Shown here: in pieces, positions 27,721 through 38,174 of the stretch | Position numbering within the stretch: the stretch's first letter is position 1 | Layout of the letters: the number at the start of each line of letters is the position of its first letter | DNA from: Coleofasciculus chthonoplastes F2-STO-03 | GTDB taxonomy: Bacteria; Cyanobacteriota; Cyanobacteriia; Cyanobacteriales; Coleofasciculaceae | DNA: 64,000 nt | NCBI GenBank assembly: GCA_040222015.1 | Contig: JAVJWO010000134.1 | Span: 1 to 64,000, forward strand | Direction of reading: 5' to 3' | Program-made: the position numbers and the translations under genes | Notes under the pieces: generated by a model | What the model was told of the DNA's origin: nothing | Database searches by the model: none | Seen by the model: only the letters and a program-made list of their open reading frames with translations

Positions 27721-29445
27721 ATGATGACTACTCGCAAAATCCGTCGAACGCTTCTCACCCTAACCAGTTTTGCTACGTTAGGATTTGCCGTATCCCTACC
27801 CGCCCAAGCTATAGAATTTAGGTCGATTGACGGATCAAACAACAACCTGGATAATCCAACCTGGGGTGAAGCCGAAATTGAACTCATTCGCCTCCTCGAA
27901 CCCGATTACAGTGACGGGATTTCCGCGCCTGCGGGGATGAATCGCCCCAATCCTCGCGCCATCAGTAACGCGATCGCATCTCAATCCGAATCACTCCCCA
28001 ATCCCTTCCACGCCAGCGATTGGCTATGGCAATGGGGACAATTTGTGGATCATGACATCGACTTGACTGATCCGCCTGAAGGCGCAGAACCGTTACCCAT
28101 CATCGTTCCAGAGAATGATTTAACCTTTACCCCTGGCTCAGAGATTCCCTTTAACAGAAATGTCGCCGCACCAGGAACAGGTACAGACAGTAATAATCCC
28201 CGCCAACAAGTTAACGCGATTACCGCTTATATTGATGGGTCAAATGTCTATGGATCAAACTTAGAACGGGCGAATTTTTTACGCACAGGAGATGGCGGAA
28301 AACTGAAAACCAGTACCGGGAATCTGTTACCCTTCAATACTGCCGATCTGCCTAATGCCAATCCCTTTGGTGTCAGCACTGAAAATCTATTTATCGCTGG
28401 GGATGTGCGGGCAAATGAACAGATTGGCTTAACAGCCGTTCACACCCTGTTTGCACGGGAACACAATCGGTTAGCCGATGAAATTGCCGCTGCTCCCACA
28501 ACTCCCGAAAAAGCGGCTGATGCGGGACTTTCTGTAGACGAGTATATCTATCAAACCGCCCGCCGGATTGTCGGTGCCCAAATTCAGGCAATTACCTATA
28601 ATGAGTTTTTGCCTTTACTCTTGGGTGAAGGGGCAATAGATCCCCATAGTGGCTACGATGAAACGGTAAACCCCAGTATCAGCAACGAATTCTCGACCGC
28701 CGCCTACCGAGTGGGTCATACCATGTTATCCCCAGAATTGCAACGGATCAACAATGATGGCACATCAGCGGGGAGTATTTCCTTGAGAAATAGTTTCTTC
28801 AATCCTCAAGAAATTACCGATAACGGGATTGATTCCTTGCTGTTAGGGTTAGCCTCTCAAAAATCGCAAACCATCGATGCATTCATCGTCGATGATGTCC
28901 GCAATTTCCTCTTCCCTGCTGGAAACGGTGGACTGGATTTAGCCGCCGTGAATATTCAACGGGGACGCGATCATGGACTTCCCGGTTATAATGAAGCACG
29001 TCGGGGGTTAGGTTTAGGCGGATACACGAGTTTTGATCAAATTACATCCAACGCCGAAATTGCCCAAAGCTTCCGAGATATTTATGGCACAACCGATGGT
29101 CAAGATAACATTGATTTAGTCGATTTGTGGATTGGGGGAATTGCTGAAGATGCCTATAACGGCGGGATGGTTGGCGAATTGTTCAATGTGATTCTCTCAG
29201 ACCAATTTCAGCGTTTACAAGATGGCGATCGCTTCTTTTATCTAGCCGATCAGGATCTTCTGAATTTAGTCCCGGATGTTGGCGATACAACGCTTTCGGA
29301 TATTATTGTCCGCAATACTGATATTACCAACATTCAGGATAATGCATTTATTGTCGCCAAAGATGTACCAGAACCTTCTGCACTATTCGGATTGTTTTTA
29401 ATTGGAGTTTTCGGTGGGACTTTGGGGAAATTGTGTAAGCGCTAA
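27721..29445 (+). CDS. Secreted heme peroxidase (peroxidase-cyclooxygenase superfamily) with PEP-CTERM
   Basis: Signal peptide; RSIDGSNNN, WGQFVDHD, TAYIDGSNVYG, GDVRANEQ, YRVGH, NIQRGRDHG, GDRFF; VPEP-TM-basic tail. Confidence 0.92.
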   Translation: MMTTRKIRRTLLTLTSFATLGFAVSLPAQAIEFRSIDGSNNNLDNPTWGEAEIELIRLLEPDYSDGISAPAGMNRPNPRAISNAIASQSESLPNPFHASDWLWQWGQFVDHDIDLTDPPEGAEPLPIIVPENDLTFTPGSEIPFNRNVAAPGTGTDSNNPRQQVNAITAYIDGSNVYGSNLERANFLRTGDGGKLKTSTGNLLPFNTADLPNANPFGVSTENLFIAGDVRANEQIGLTAVHTLFAREHNRLADEIAAAPTTPEKAADAGLSVDEYIYQTARRIVGAQIQAITYNEFLPLLLGEGAIDPHSGYDETVNPSISNEFSTAAYRVGHTMLSPELQRINNDGTSAGSISLRNSFFNPQEITDNGIDSLLLGLASQKSQTIDAFIVDDVRNFLFPAGNGGLDLAAVNIQRGRDHGLPGYNEARRGLGLGGYTSFDQITSNAEIAQSFRDIYGTTDGQDNIDLVDLWIGGIAEDAYNGGMVGELFNVILSDQFQRLQDGDRFFYLADQDLLNLVPDVGDTTLSDIIVRNTDITNIQDNAFIVAKDVPEPSALFGLFLIGVFGGTLGKLCKR

Positions 29446-29635
29446 TCCATTAGGTAGGGCTTGCTGTCGCGAGTATTGGGGAGATGGAGTGAGGGGGTGT
29501 AGAGACGTAGCATGCTACGTCTCTACTTAGTCTGATCGCCAAAACCATTTTAGTCGTATTGACAAAAAAACAACGTAATGGTAAAAAATCAAAAAGAGTT
29601 TTTTCTGTTTATTTCAACAAAAAAAGAGATAAAAT

Positions 29636-30130
29636 ATGAGCATTGAGACAGAACGAGTTCCGGCTTCTCAATACATGAAAAAGACCCTGGGAATTTCTGA
29701 AGCTCCCTACGAAGCCTACCTTAACTATGGATATGCACTGCTAGCTATTGCTGGAGCTGACGGAGAGGTTTCAACAGCGGAGATGGACTGGTTACTGAAC
29801 CATCAACGCATGGTTGGCGCTCCAGAAGAACTTATGGAGAAATACAAATCCTTTGACTACAACAGTGCTAACTTGGAAGAGACATTATCCCATATTACGG
29901 TTGATGTTTCTACTTGGTCGTCGTCGAGGACATTGTTGTATCACGCCATTCAAATGGCTCGTGCCGATGACAATTACTCATCTGAAGAGCAAAAAGCTGT
30001 AAAAAAAGCCGCTAAACTTTTGAACGTTGAAGATGATATTGCGCTGGCTCTCAATAAATTGGTAGAAATGGAAGAAGCCACCAATGGATTGCGTAAGGCT
30101 CTATTGCAAACCGAAACTTGGAATGCTTGA
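29636..30130 (+). CDS. TerB-like protein
   Basis: IAGADGEVSTAE and MARADDNYSSEE duplicated TerB motifs. Confidence 0.75.
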   Translation: MSIETERVPASQYMKKTLGISEAPYEAYLNYGYALLAIAGADGEVSTAEMDWLLNHQRMVGAPEELMEKYKSFDYNSANLEETLSHITVDVSTWSSSRTLLYHAIQMARADDNYSSEEQKAVKKAAKLLNVEDDIALALNKLVEMEEATNGLRKALLQTETWNA

Positions 30131-30210
30131 TATCTTGATATTTGGCTTCCAGGTGGGGCAGATAGTTGATTGACACCCCCACCGTTTAGAGACGTAGCTA
30201 CGTCTCTACA

Positions 30211-31149
30211 TTAATTTCCTTCTCTGGCGCGATTTCGTTCCCCCCGACAATCTCGATCGATATTATCAACCTCTTCTTGCGCTTTACATTGCTCGTAGAC
30301 AATTTGACCCGTTGAATAATTGGGCAGTTGTTTCCGTTTTTCTAATGCTTTTTTAAAGTAGTCTAGCGCTGCTTCCGGTTTATCTTCATGCACTAAAATT
30401 TGGGCTTTCAGGTATAATACTTCGGGATTATCTGGCGTCATTGCCAAAGCGCGTTCTACATAATCCATCGCCTGATTATATTTTTTCAAATCTCGATAGG
30501 CTACAGCAATCCCCCGATATGCCAGATACTTGGGATAACCATGAGTTTCTAACTTTTCAATCGCATCAGCCGGATCAGCAAAGGGGACATTAACGGCTAA
30601 CATCAAATCCATGTGACCTGTGAGTAAGTTCAACTCTGGATCTTTATCATCAATGGCTTTGGCTGCATCGATATATTGAAAGACTTTCTGGAGTTTACTT
30701 AGCGCTCTAACTGGACCTTCTTTCTCAAAGTTATAGGTTCCTTCTAAAAAGTGACCGACAGCGGTGTAAAGATTGCCGCGTAGTGGATCAGACGTAATTA
30801 GCTGTTCAGCCGTGGTTCGGGTTTTTGTGGCGTAAGTATTCAGGGCTTCTAACTCTCGCTCAGTGTACGCGATCGCGGCTAGCATGGCATAGACTAACGG
30901 ATCAGTTTCTTCACTGGCTTCTGCTTGCTGAAGGTAGTTCTTGGCGGTTTTATAATCTCCTTGTTTAAAAATCGATTCAAATGCTGCTTCTGTCTGATCG
31001 CTAATATTGCGGGGATTACTGGGACGAAAGGGATCACCCGCTAAACTGGGAGTCACCCAGAAACTGACAACCATAATAGCTGCACCAGCTAAGGCATTTA
31101 CAGTTCGTCGCGGGGTTGGCAACCAATGATTCATCGTCTTAACTACCAC
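30211..31149 (-). CDS. Secreted TPR-repeat protein (conserved cyanobacterial type)
   Basis: Signal peptide, AGDPFR, PLRGNLYTAVGHFLEG, C-terminal TPRs. Confidence 0.8.
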   Translation of the reverse strand: MVVKTMNHWLPTPRRTVNALAGAAIMVVSFWVTPSLAGDPFRPSNPRNISDQTEAAFESIFKQGDYKTAKNYLQQAEASEETDPLVYAMLAAIAYTERELEALNTYATKTRTTAEQLITSDPLRGNLYTAVGHFLEGTYNFEKEGPVRALSKLQKVFQYIDAAKAIDDKDPELNLLTGHMDLMLAVNVPFADPADAIEKLETHGYPKYLAYRGIAVAYRDLKKYNQAMDYVERALAMTPDNPEVLYLKAQILVHEDKPEAALDYFKKALEKRKQLPNYSTGQIVYEQCKAQEEVDNIDRDCRGERNRAREGN

Positions 31150-31226
31150 TAATGTCTGTTAACGTTCGACGTTAGGGGAAATTTGAGGTTCCGTCCGCAA
31201 TCCTAGACGAATGTCACTGACTTAAG

Positions 31227-31530
31227 TCCTGACTTTTCACGCCATTTATAAAAATCGATCTCAAACCTAACCCACCAGCACCCTTCCCAACCCCCCTCAC
31301 TCCCCCCAACCCCCCTCTTTCCCCCCAACCCCCCTCGTTCCCCCCAACCCCCCTCGGTCCCCCCTACAAGAGGGGGGAGGACAGAGGATGCGAGAGCTTT
31401 TGTTTCAGGGGGGAGGAGAAAGGATGCTTCGCTTTTATTGATTGCACGGAAGGGGGAGAATTCAAAGCCTTCTCTCTCTTCAGGAGAGAGGTTTGGAGAG
31501 AGGTTTTCCAGATCCCGTGAAAAGTAAGGA
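31227..31530. mobile_element. ~300-bp MITE with C-rich internal repeats
   Basis: TIRs TCCTGACTTTTCACG / CGTGAAAAGTAAGGA (14/15). Confidence 0.7.
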
Positions 31531-31574
31531 AACCCAACAGATGTTCTCAAGCTTGTTCAATTAATTATAGCTTC

Positions 31575-31752
31575 CTACAAAATTGTCAAATAGGTATCGG
31601 TTGGACTGATGGGTAACGGCTTCAATGTTTGATTTTGCACATCTATGTCTAACCCTAATGCTTCTAACGGTATCACGCCCAAAAGCGCATCTGCACCACC
31701 GGGTAATTCCAAACACTCGAAGGTTCCTTCTCTACCCAATATAGAGAGAGCG
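31575..31752 (-). pseudogene. C-terminal remnant of a clan AA (retropepsin-like) aspartic protease
   Basis: ILGREGTFECLELPGG.DALLGVIPLEALGL..D; the N-terminal D-T-G region is absent and upstream sequence is AT-rich with a REP. Confidence 0.65.
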
Positions 31753-31946
31753 GATTTTTTATTGTCAGTTAATAACGAATACGTTGTTATACATTGAAGT
31801 TGGGTATTAGTAGCGATAAATTTGCTATTAATAGCGAGCAAGATGCTCGCATTACCAGGAATTAGTTATTGTTCCATTAAGGTGTAAATGCAGAACAGCT
31901 TACACCTCCTCTCTCTTCCTCAGTTTATGCTAATCAAATGACCAAG

Positions 31947-32345
31947 CTATTTCGCCGACTGCATAGAAGAGGATTCGCTGTGCTGATCCAAACTAATTTC
32001 ACCTGCACCAAATGCGACAACCATCAATAATCCGCCCATTAAGCCTAAATTCTTGAAAAAGGCAATTTCTTCTTCAGGAAACTGGCTGTGAAAAATTAAG
32101 GTAGCGGGAATTAAAAAGCCAATCAATAATAAGGCTCCCCAACGGGCTTTGTAACCGAATAAAACTGAGAGTCCGCCACCAACTAATACAATAATAGTAG
32201 GAACCAGAACGATACCCGCAAAAGGAATTCCGCTAGCAGCCATAGACTCTTGAGTGCCAGCGAAACCGAAAATTTTACTAATCCCCGACTTGATAAAAAT
32301 AGCGGAGAGAAAAATCCGAGCAACTAAAGGGAGGTACTTTTGCAT
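31947..32345 (-). CDS. DoxX family membrane protein
   Basis: ARIFLSAIFIKSGISK, LFGYKARWGA, FFKNLGLMGGLL, GAGEISLD. Confidence 0.9.
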   Translation of the reverse strand: MQKYLPLVARIFLSAIFIKSGISKIFGFAGTQESMAASGIPFAGIVLVPTIIVLVGGGLSVLFGYKARWGALLLIGFLIPATLIFHSQFPEEEIAFFKNLGLMGGLLMVVAFGAGEISLDQHSESSSMQSAK

Positions 32346-32526
32346 AGCGATTCCTGTGTTGATGGATAACTGTTCTACTCTTCAGGGTACAAGGTTCTGG
32401 AAGTCTAGATATGCCTAGCCTAAGGGTAGCAGTTACGGGAGTGCGATCGCGCTTTAGGTTCCAGGGTACGCTAAGATGCATGGCAATGCCTGATTCCCCG
32501 TTAGACACCCAAACCCTCGACATACC

Positions 32527-32558
32527 GTAGGGTGGGTTGAGCGAAGTCGAAACCCACC
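32527..32558 (+). repeat. REP family D: GTAGGGTGGGTTGAGCGAAGTCGAAACCCACC (inverse copy at ~34736-34767)
   Basis: Two near-identical copies in opposite orientation. Confidence 0.75.
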
Positions 32559-32670
32559 AGCCCTAAGTCAGCACCATTCATCCTCAGATAAGTACCTCGA
32601 CATCAATTCTGTACCCTGTACCCAGAAGCTTGATCCAGGAATTGCTAAAATTGTTATAAAAAATACCAAC

Positions 32671-32952
32671 TTGCTTCAGAGTCAACCGGAGATAAACGCC
32701 GCCCAAGAAACAGAACCAATTCAAGCAGTTACTCGTGAGTCTAGCCAACTGATAGCCACTTGTTCTTTAACTGAACAGGAGTTAAAGGTTTTGCCGTTAA
32801 TTATTGAGGGGTATGATAATGACGTGATTGCAAAACGCTTAGATATGCCAGCGGAAAAAGTTCAACACTATGTCCAAAATGTTTTGGATAAACTGCGTGG
32901 TGATGATCGCACTCAATCTGCGGTTCAGGCGTTTCGTTCTGGGTTGATGTAG
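32671..32952 (+). CDS. Stand-alone LuxR/NarL-type HTH protein (possibly truncated)
   Basis: LTEQELKVL.LIIEG.DN..IAKRL...VLDKL..DDRTQSAVQAFRSGL; no receiver domain; TTG start. Confidence 0.65.
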   Translation: MLQSQPEINAAQETEPIQAVTRESSQLIATCSLTEQELKVLPLIIEGYDNDVIAKRLDMPAEKVQHYVQNVLDKLRGDDRTQSAVQAFRSGLM

Positions 32953-33264
32953 TGTCAGAATCTGAACAGATGCTTCACTGCGTCGATAAAAGAAACATTA
33001 AAATGCAAGGATTTAAGCTTTTATCGGTTCAAAACCAAGCAAAATAGCGAGCGAGACGCTCGCACTACGGCGATGATTATATGAAAGGCTTTTGTCTTTT
33101 GCCTCCCCCCATCACAACACTTATACCAAGTTGCAGTCTAAGGTAGAATTTGTCATGGTTCGTGGAGTCCGGAGCGAAGCGGAGGAACGAAAGTAAATCT
33201 GGTTGTGAATTTTGTCGTGGGTGAGAACGATGAAGCGAGACATAATACTTTCGGGCAAAACACT

Positions 33265-34092
33265 GACCGACTTCGTGGGTAATGGCTTGACGAAGTTCAT
33301 CAATGCCGTCGTCTTCACTGATTGGGCAAGAGGTCTCGATAATCGCTTTGATGTTGGGATATTTTTCGCGTAATGCTCTACGGTTGATGTCGAGGGGTTG
33401 TTCGTCTTTTTTGTTGCCGACAATGATCACAGGCGATTGACCGCCAAAGCTATCAATAGATCCCGGTTATGGATAAGGCTTTGGTGAACCCAAAATTTCT
33501 GGAGAAATAGGCAACGGATTTTGCCGCAAATCTAATTGATTGAGATTAGGTAACTCTTCTAGCCAATCAGGAATTTCCGTGATTTTATTGTCAGACAGGT
33601 CAAGCTGTGTCAGATTGACTAATTGAGTAATCGATTCGGGAACCTGCGTTAGTTGATTACGAGATAGGTTAAGCTGTGTCAGATTGACTAATTGAGTAAT
33701 CGATTCGGGAACCTGCGTTAGTTGATTACGAGACAGGTCAAGCTGTGTGAGATTGACTAATTGAGTAATCGATTCGGGAACCTGCGTTAGTTGATTGCCA
33801 AACAGGTCAAGCTTCCGCAAGTTGACCAAATTTGCCAGTTCAGGCGGCAAAGACTGCAAGCGATTACCCAAAATTAAGGGAACGAGTCGATGCCCTATCA
33901 ACTCGTAGCCTTCAATCCCTAGAAAACCTTTTTTCTCTTTTGCCCAAGTTCCCAAAATCAACGTTTCAAGTTGCGTTAGCTTGCCAATCTCTGGAGGCAG
34001 TTCCGTTAGCCCTTTTCCTGATAAATTTAACTCTTTCCATCCCTCATTCGATGCTTGGTTAATGAGTGACAGCAACTCTTCCCGCGTCATAC
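33265..34092 (-). pseudogene. LRR-Roc-COR (Roco) pseudogene with internal deletion
   Basis: MTREELL..WKELNLSGKGLTELPPEIGKL N-terminus and LRRs (three 69-bp repeats at 33595-33801), a stop at 33467, then only DSFGGQSPVIIVGNKKD...IETSC..GIDEL of the Roc domain. Confidence 0.8.
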
Positions 34093-34222
34093 CATCCCCT
34101 ATGCTGAATAGCTCTATTGTGACAGAGCTTTTCGGAGATGTCATGGTATTCAGCCCCCCAAGTAAGGGCAAACGCTTTCCTGCTAAAGGTTAGGATTGAG
34201 AGTAGTGCATTCTGATTAAAAT

Positions 34223-34489
34223 ATGGCAAAGCAGAAACAACCCCTGACCGGAAAAGCACTGATCAAGGAAGTCTGTGGGCGGATTCGGGTTGCCCGTAGC
34301 TACTGGGATGCTCACAATAATCCTGCCTGTCGCCGAGAACGCGATCGCGCTTTAGCACTTTATAATACCCTGACCAAAGAACAAAAAGAACAGATTCCCC
34401 AAGTATTGCGAGTATGGCTTCGCTACCGCAGTGAAAAATACTTCGGCGCACACCGAACACCGCCCAAGTCGAAACGAAAGTCAAAATAA
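34223..34489 (+). CDS. Small basic hypothetical protein
   Basis: Clean 88-aa ORF with a HIP1 site; no motif recognised. Confidence 0.7.
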   Translation: MAKQKQPLTGKALIKEVCGRIRVARSYWDAHNNPACRRERDRALALYNTLTKEQKEQIPQVLRVWLRYRSEKYFGAHRTPPKSKRKSK

Positions 34490-34908
34490 TACCCTTGGGG
34501 ATTTTGTTCTAGCTTGCTCTTCAAATATAGAACTCAGGTGACTTCTGATTTTTCAGATTGAAACAGGTTCTTTGTATCCTTATAGTGATACTAATTGAGC
34601 AGGGGGAAAATACTGTATCTCACCAACTTGCAATACGCTGGAAAAGATGTAGCTGGCTATGTCTATAATATAAAACCTTTCTTTCTCCCCTCTCCCCAGA
34701 GTGGGAGAGGGGCTGGGGGTGAGGGGTTTAAGGCTGGTGGGTTTCGACTTCGCTCAACCCACCCTACGGTATATTAAAGGTTTCAGCAATTTCCTCATGC
34801 TGATTTCAGTGCCATTATTTTTAATACTGGTGATTGATAATACGCCTCCCAATTTGGTATCATTCCCTCAACCGTTACGCTTCAACCTAACCCAGTCAGC
34901 ATCTCGTC

Positions 34909-37900
34909 ATGAAAATTATCCATGGCACCTGGATTCCCCAAGCCTCTGACGCATTCATCCAAACGGGCGCGTTTTATCTGTGGGTGGAAACTGATACCCC
35001 TTCTACCCAGAAAACTGCCCGCAGCAATACTCATCCGGCTCAATTAACCCCAGCCGATTTAGCCAACCTTCTGGTTAACGAACTCGGCGTTTCCCCAACG
35101 TCATCTAGCCCGATTCAGAATCAAATTACCCCCCAATACTTTATTCTGCCCACCACTCAAGGACAACCGCTTCCGTCACTGGAATTAAGCCGCTATCTGG
35201 AAATTGAATTACCAGAATCCGTGGAGTGGCATATCTGGACAATTGATTGTTATCAAATTAGCCCCGTTCACCCAACCCGTGGACGTAAATCTGGCGTAAT
35301 CGCCCCCGTGATTAAATGCTTAAATGACCTGCATTTTATTGCCCTCTACAATCCCTCAGAACTACAACTGGGGTCTGATTTACTGTTTTGGTATCACTAC
35401 ACCCAGTCCTTTAAACAAGTTATCCTCAAAGACCAATATATTCCAGCCCTTAAATACAGAGAATTACCCTCACCCAAAAGCAAAGGTAAACGCAATGCCA
35501 ACACTCAGTTATTTGAAATTTATCCCGCTTGGCAAATTATATCGGATCACTATGAAGAGACGATTAACTACTATCAAGACTATATGCCCCTTGCCTGTGT
35601 GTCCGGTCACGCCAGTCCCCCCGAACCCATCGAATTTTACGGCAAAGAAGCCTTACTTCGTCATTTTTCTGAATGCTTGCTGACGGAAATTATCACCAAT
35701 ACACCGATTCCGGCTGTTTTGGATAAAAGAATTAATCATTCTCTAATCACGGATTGCCTCTATTCCTCACAAACTCCCCTAGCACAAGCCCCTGAACCGG
35801 CATTAAACCGCTATAAACAATGGTCAAGTTGGAAACAACAGATTAGGGGAGGTTCTGATACCTCCACTTTCCATCTTTGTTTTCAATTAGAAGACCCTGC
35901 GGAAGAGTCTCCAGACTCATGGCAGATTCAGTTTATCGTCGCTTCTAAAAAAGACCCATCTCTGAAACTAGCAGTTGCCGATTATTGGACTCTGAGTCAA
36001 AAAAAGAAAGCCACGGTTTATCAACAATTTGGTCAAGATTTCGAGAAAACCTTACTCTTAAATCTCGGTTATGCTGCCCGTATCTATCCACAAATTTGGC
36101 AGGGCTTGGAAACCGACCAACCTACAGGGTTAAACCTTACCTTAGAGGAGGCGTTCACGTTTCTCAAAGAACAAGCGTGGGTGCTAGAAGATGCCGGCTA
36201 TAAAGTCATTGTTCCCGCCTGGTGGACTCCATCCGGGCGTCAACGTGCCAAGCTGCGCCTCAAGGCTTCCCCGAAAACGTCTCAGTCTCCAAAAGCGGCG
36301 AGTAAGGGTTATTTTAATCTAGATACAATTATTCAATATCACTACCAACTCTCCATTGGTGGTCAAGTAATTACGCCTAAAGAATGGCAGCAGTTAGTGG
36401 CGGCAAAAACACCCTTAGTCCAGTTTCGAGGTCAGTGGATTGAACTCGATAAAAATAAGATGCAGCAAATGCTGGAGTTTTGGCAATCCCACCAGGAAGA
36501 AACGGCGGAAATGACACTCCTGGAGTTGCTCAAGAAAACCAGCGAAGCTGATACAGAGATAGAAGTCGAACATGATGCTATCTTAGGTCAAATTATGGCG
36601 TGCTTAAATAACCCCAGCCGACTGGAACAGATTGACAATCCTGCCCAATTAAAAGGAACGTTAAGGGAGTATCAAAAACGCGGTGTATCTTGGCTGCAAT
36701 ATTTAGAACAATTGGGACTCAATGGCTGTCTGGCGGACGATATGGGCTTGGGTAAGTCCATTCAGATTATTGCCCAGTTAGTTAAGGAACGCGAAACCGA
36801 ATCTTCGGTGTCCCCTACCCTGTTAATTGCCCCAACTTCTGTGGTGGGGAATTGGCAAAAAGAGATTGAAAAATTTGCTCCTCATTTGCGTACCTTGGTG
36901 CATCATGGGAGTAACCGAATTAAAACGGAAAAGGAGTTTAAAGCGGCTAGCCAAACCCTTGACGTAATTATTACCTCATTTACCCTCGCCCGCAAAGACG
37001 AAAAACTGCTCAAAAGTTTAACCTGGCACCGTTTAGTTCTCGACGAAGCCCAAAACATTAAAAATCCCAAAGCCGCCCAAACTAAAGCCATTCTCAAATT
37101 ACCCGCCCATCATCGGGTGGCGTTAACTGGAACGCCGATAGAAAACCGTTTATTAGATCTTTGGTCAATCTTCAACTTTCTCAATCCAGGCTATTTAGGC
37201 AAACAAGCCCAGTTTCGTAAGGCTTTTGAACTTCCAATTCAAAAAGACAATAACCGCCGACAATCGACGGTGTTAAAGCAGTTAGTTCAACCCTTGATTC
37301 TACGACGGGTGAAGACAGATAAACAGATTATTAAAGATTTACCCGATAAAGTTGAACATAAACAGTATTGCCAGCTTACCCAAGAACAAGCCTCATTGTA
37401 TGAAGCCGTCGTCAAAGATGTGGAGGCAAAACTGGAAGACGCCGAAGGAATTAACCGCAAAGGGTTAATTTTGTCAACCCTAATGAAACTCAAACAAGTC
37501 TGCAATCATCCAGCCCAGTTTCTCCAAGATAACAGCGAATTCTCGCCCACGCGATCGCACAAATTAGAACGCCTGATCGAGATGATTGAGGAAGTGAATG
37601 CGGAAGGAGAAAGTTTGCTCATTTTCACCCAATTTACAGAAATTGGTAGCGCTATAACCAACTATCTGAAACAGACCTTGCATTATAATACCTATTATAT
37701 TCATGGCGGCATCAGTCGGACAAAACGGGAGCAAATGATTACGGCATTTCAAGACCCTGATACTGAACCATCGGCGTTTATTTTATCTCTAAAAGCCGGG
37801 GGTGTTGGCATCACCTTAACTAAAGCCAATCACGTATTTCATTTTGACCGTTGGTGGAACCCCGCTGTCGAAGACCAAGCTACTGATCGCACCTTCCGGA

Positions 37901-38094
37901 TTGGTCAAAAGAAGAATGTTTTTGTGCATAAATTTGTCGCATTAGGCACGTTAGAAGAACGGATTGACCAGATGATTGAAGAGAAGAAAAAATTGTCAGG
38001 GGCGATTGTCGGGGCGGATGAGTCTTGGTTAACGGAACTGGATAATGAACGGTTTAAACAGTTGATTGCTTTGAATAAAACCGCTATTCTATAA
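34909..38094 (+). CDS. SNF2/RapA-like helicase
   Basis: LREYQKRG, LADDMGLGKS, LDEAQ, LTGTPIEN, FDRWWNPAVEDQATDR.FRIGQ. Confidence 0.93.
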   Translation: MKIIHGTWIPQASDAFIQTGAFYLWVETDTPSTQKTARSNTHPAQLTPADLANLLVNELGVSPTSSSPIQNQITPQYFILPTTQGQPLPSLELSRYLEIELPESVEWHIWTIDCYQISPVHPTRGRKSGVIAPVIKCLNDLHFIALYNPSELQLGSDLLFWYHYTQSFKQVILKDQYIPALKYRELPSPKSKGKRNANTQLFEIYPAWQIISDHYEETINYYQDYMPLACVSGHASPPEPIEFYGKEALLRHFSECLLTEIITNTPIPAVLDKRINHSLITDCLYSSQTPLAQAPEPALNRYKQWSSWKQQIRGGSDTSTFHLCFQLEDPAEESPDSWQIQFIVASKKDPSLKLAVADYWTLSQKKKATVYQQFGQDFEKTLLLNLGYAARIYPQIWQGLETDQPTGLNLTLEEAFTFLKEQAWVLEDAGYKVIVPAWWTPSGRQRAKLRLKASPKTSQSPKAASKGYFNLDTIIQYHYQLSIGGQVITPKEWQQLVAAKTPLVQFRGQWIELDKNKMQQMLEFWQSHQEETAEMTLLELLKKTSEADTEIEVEHDAILGQIMACLNNPSRLEQIDNPAQLKGTLREYQKRGVSWLQYLEQLGLNGCLADDMGLGKSIQIIAQLVKERETESSVSPTLLIAPTSVVGNWQKEIEKFAPHLRTLVHHGSNRIKTEKEFKAASQTLDVIITSFTLARKDEKLLKSLTWHRLVLDEAQNIKNPKAAQTKAILKLPAHHRVALTGTPIENRLLDLWSIFNFLNPGYLGKQAQFRKAFELPIQKDNNRRQSTVLKQLVQPLILRRVKTDKQIIKDLPDKVEHKQYCQLTQEQASLYEAVVKDVEAKLEDAEGINRKGLILSTLMKLKQVCNHPAQFLQDNSEFSPTRSHKLERLIEMIEEVNAEGESLLIFTQFTEIGSAITNYLKQTLHYNTYYIHGGISRTKREQMITAFQDPDTEPSAFILSLKAGGVGITLTKANHVFHFDRWWNPAVEDQATDRTFRIGQKKNVFVHKFVALGTLEERIDQMIEEKKKLSGAIVGADESWLTELDNERFKQLIALNKTAIL

Positions 38095-38174
38095 AGTTAA
38101 GAGGGAGAATTTGAGTTAATTTTGGTGGGCAATGCCCACCCTACAAGTGCTATTAAACTTAGGAGATAGGCAGA

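Noticed and set aside
31203..31550. 115-aa Gly-rich ORF
   Set aside because: Lies within the C-rich MITE.
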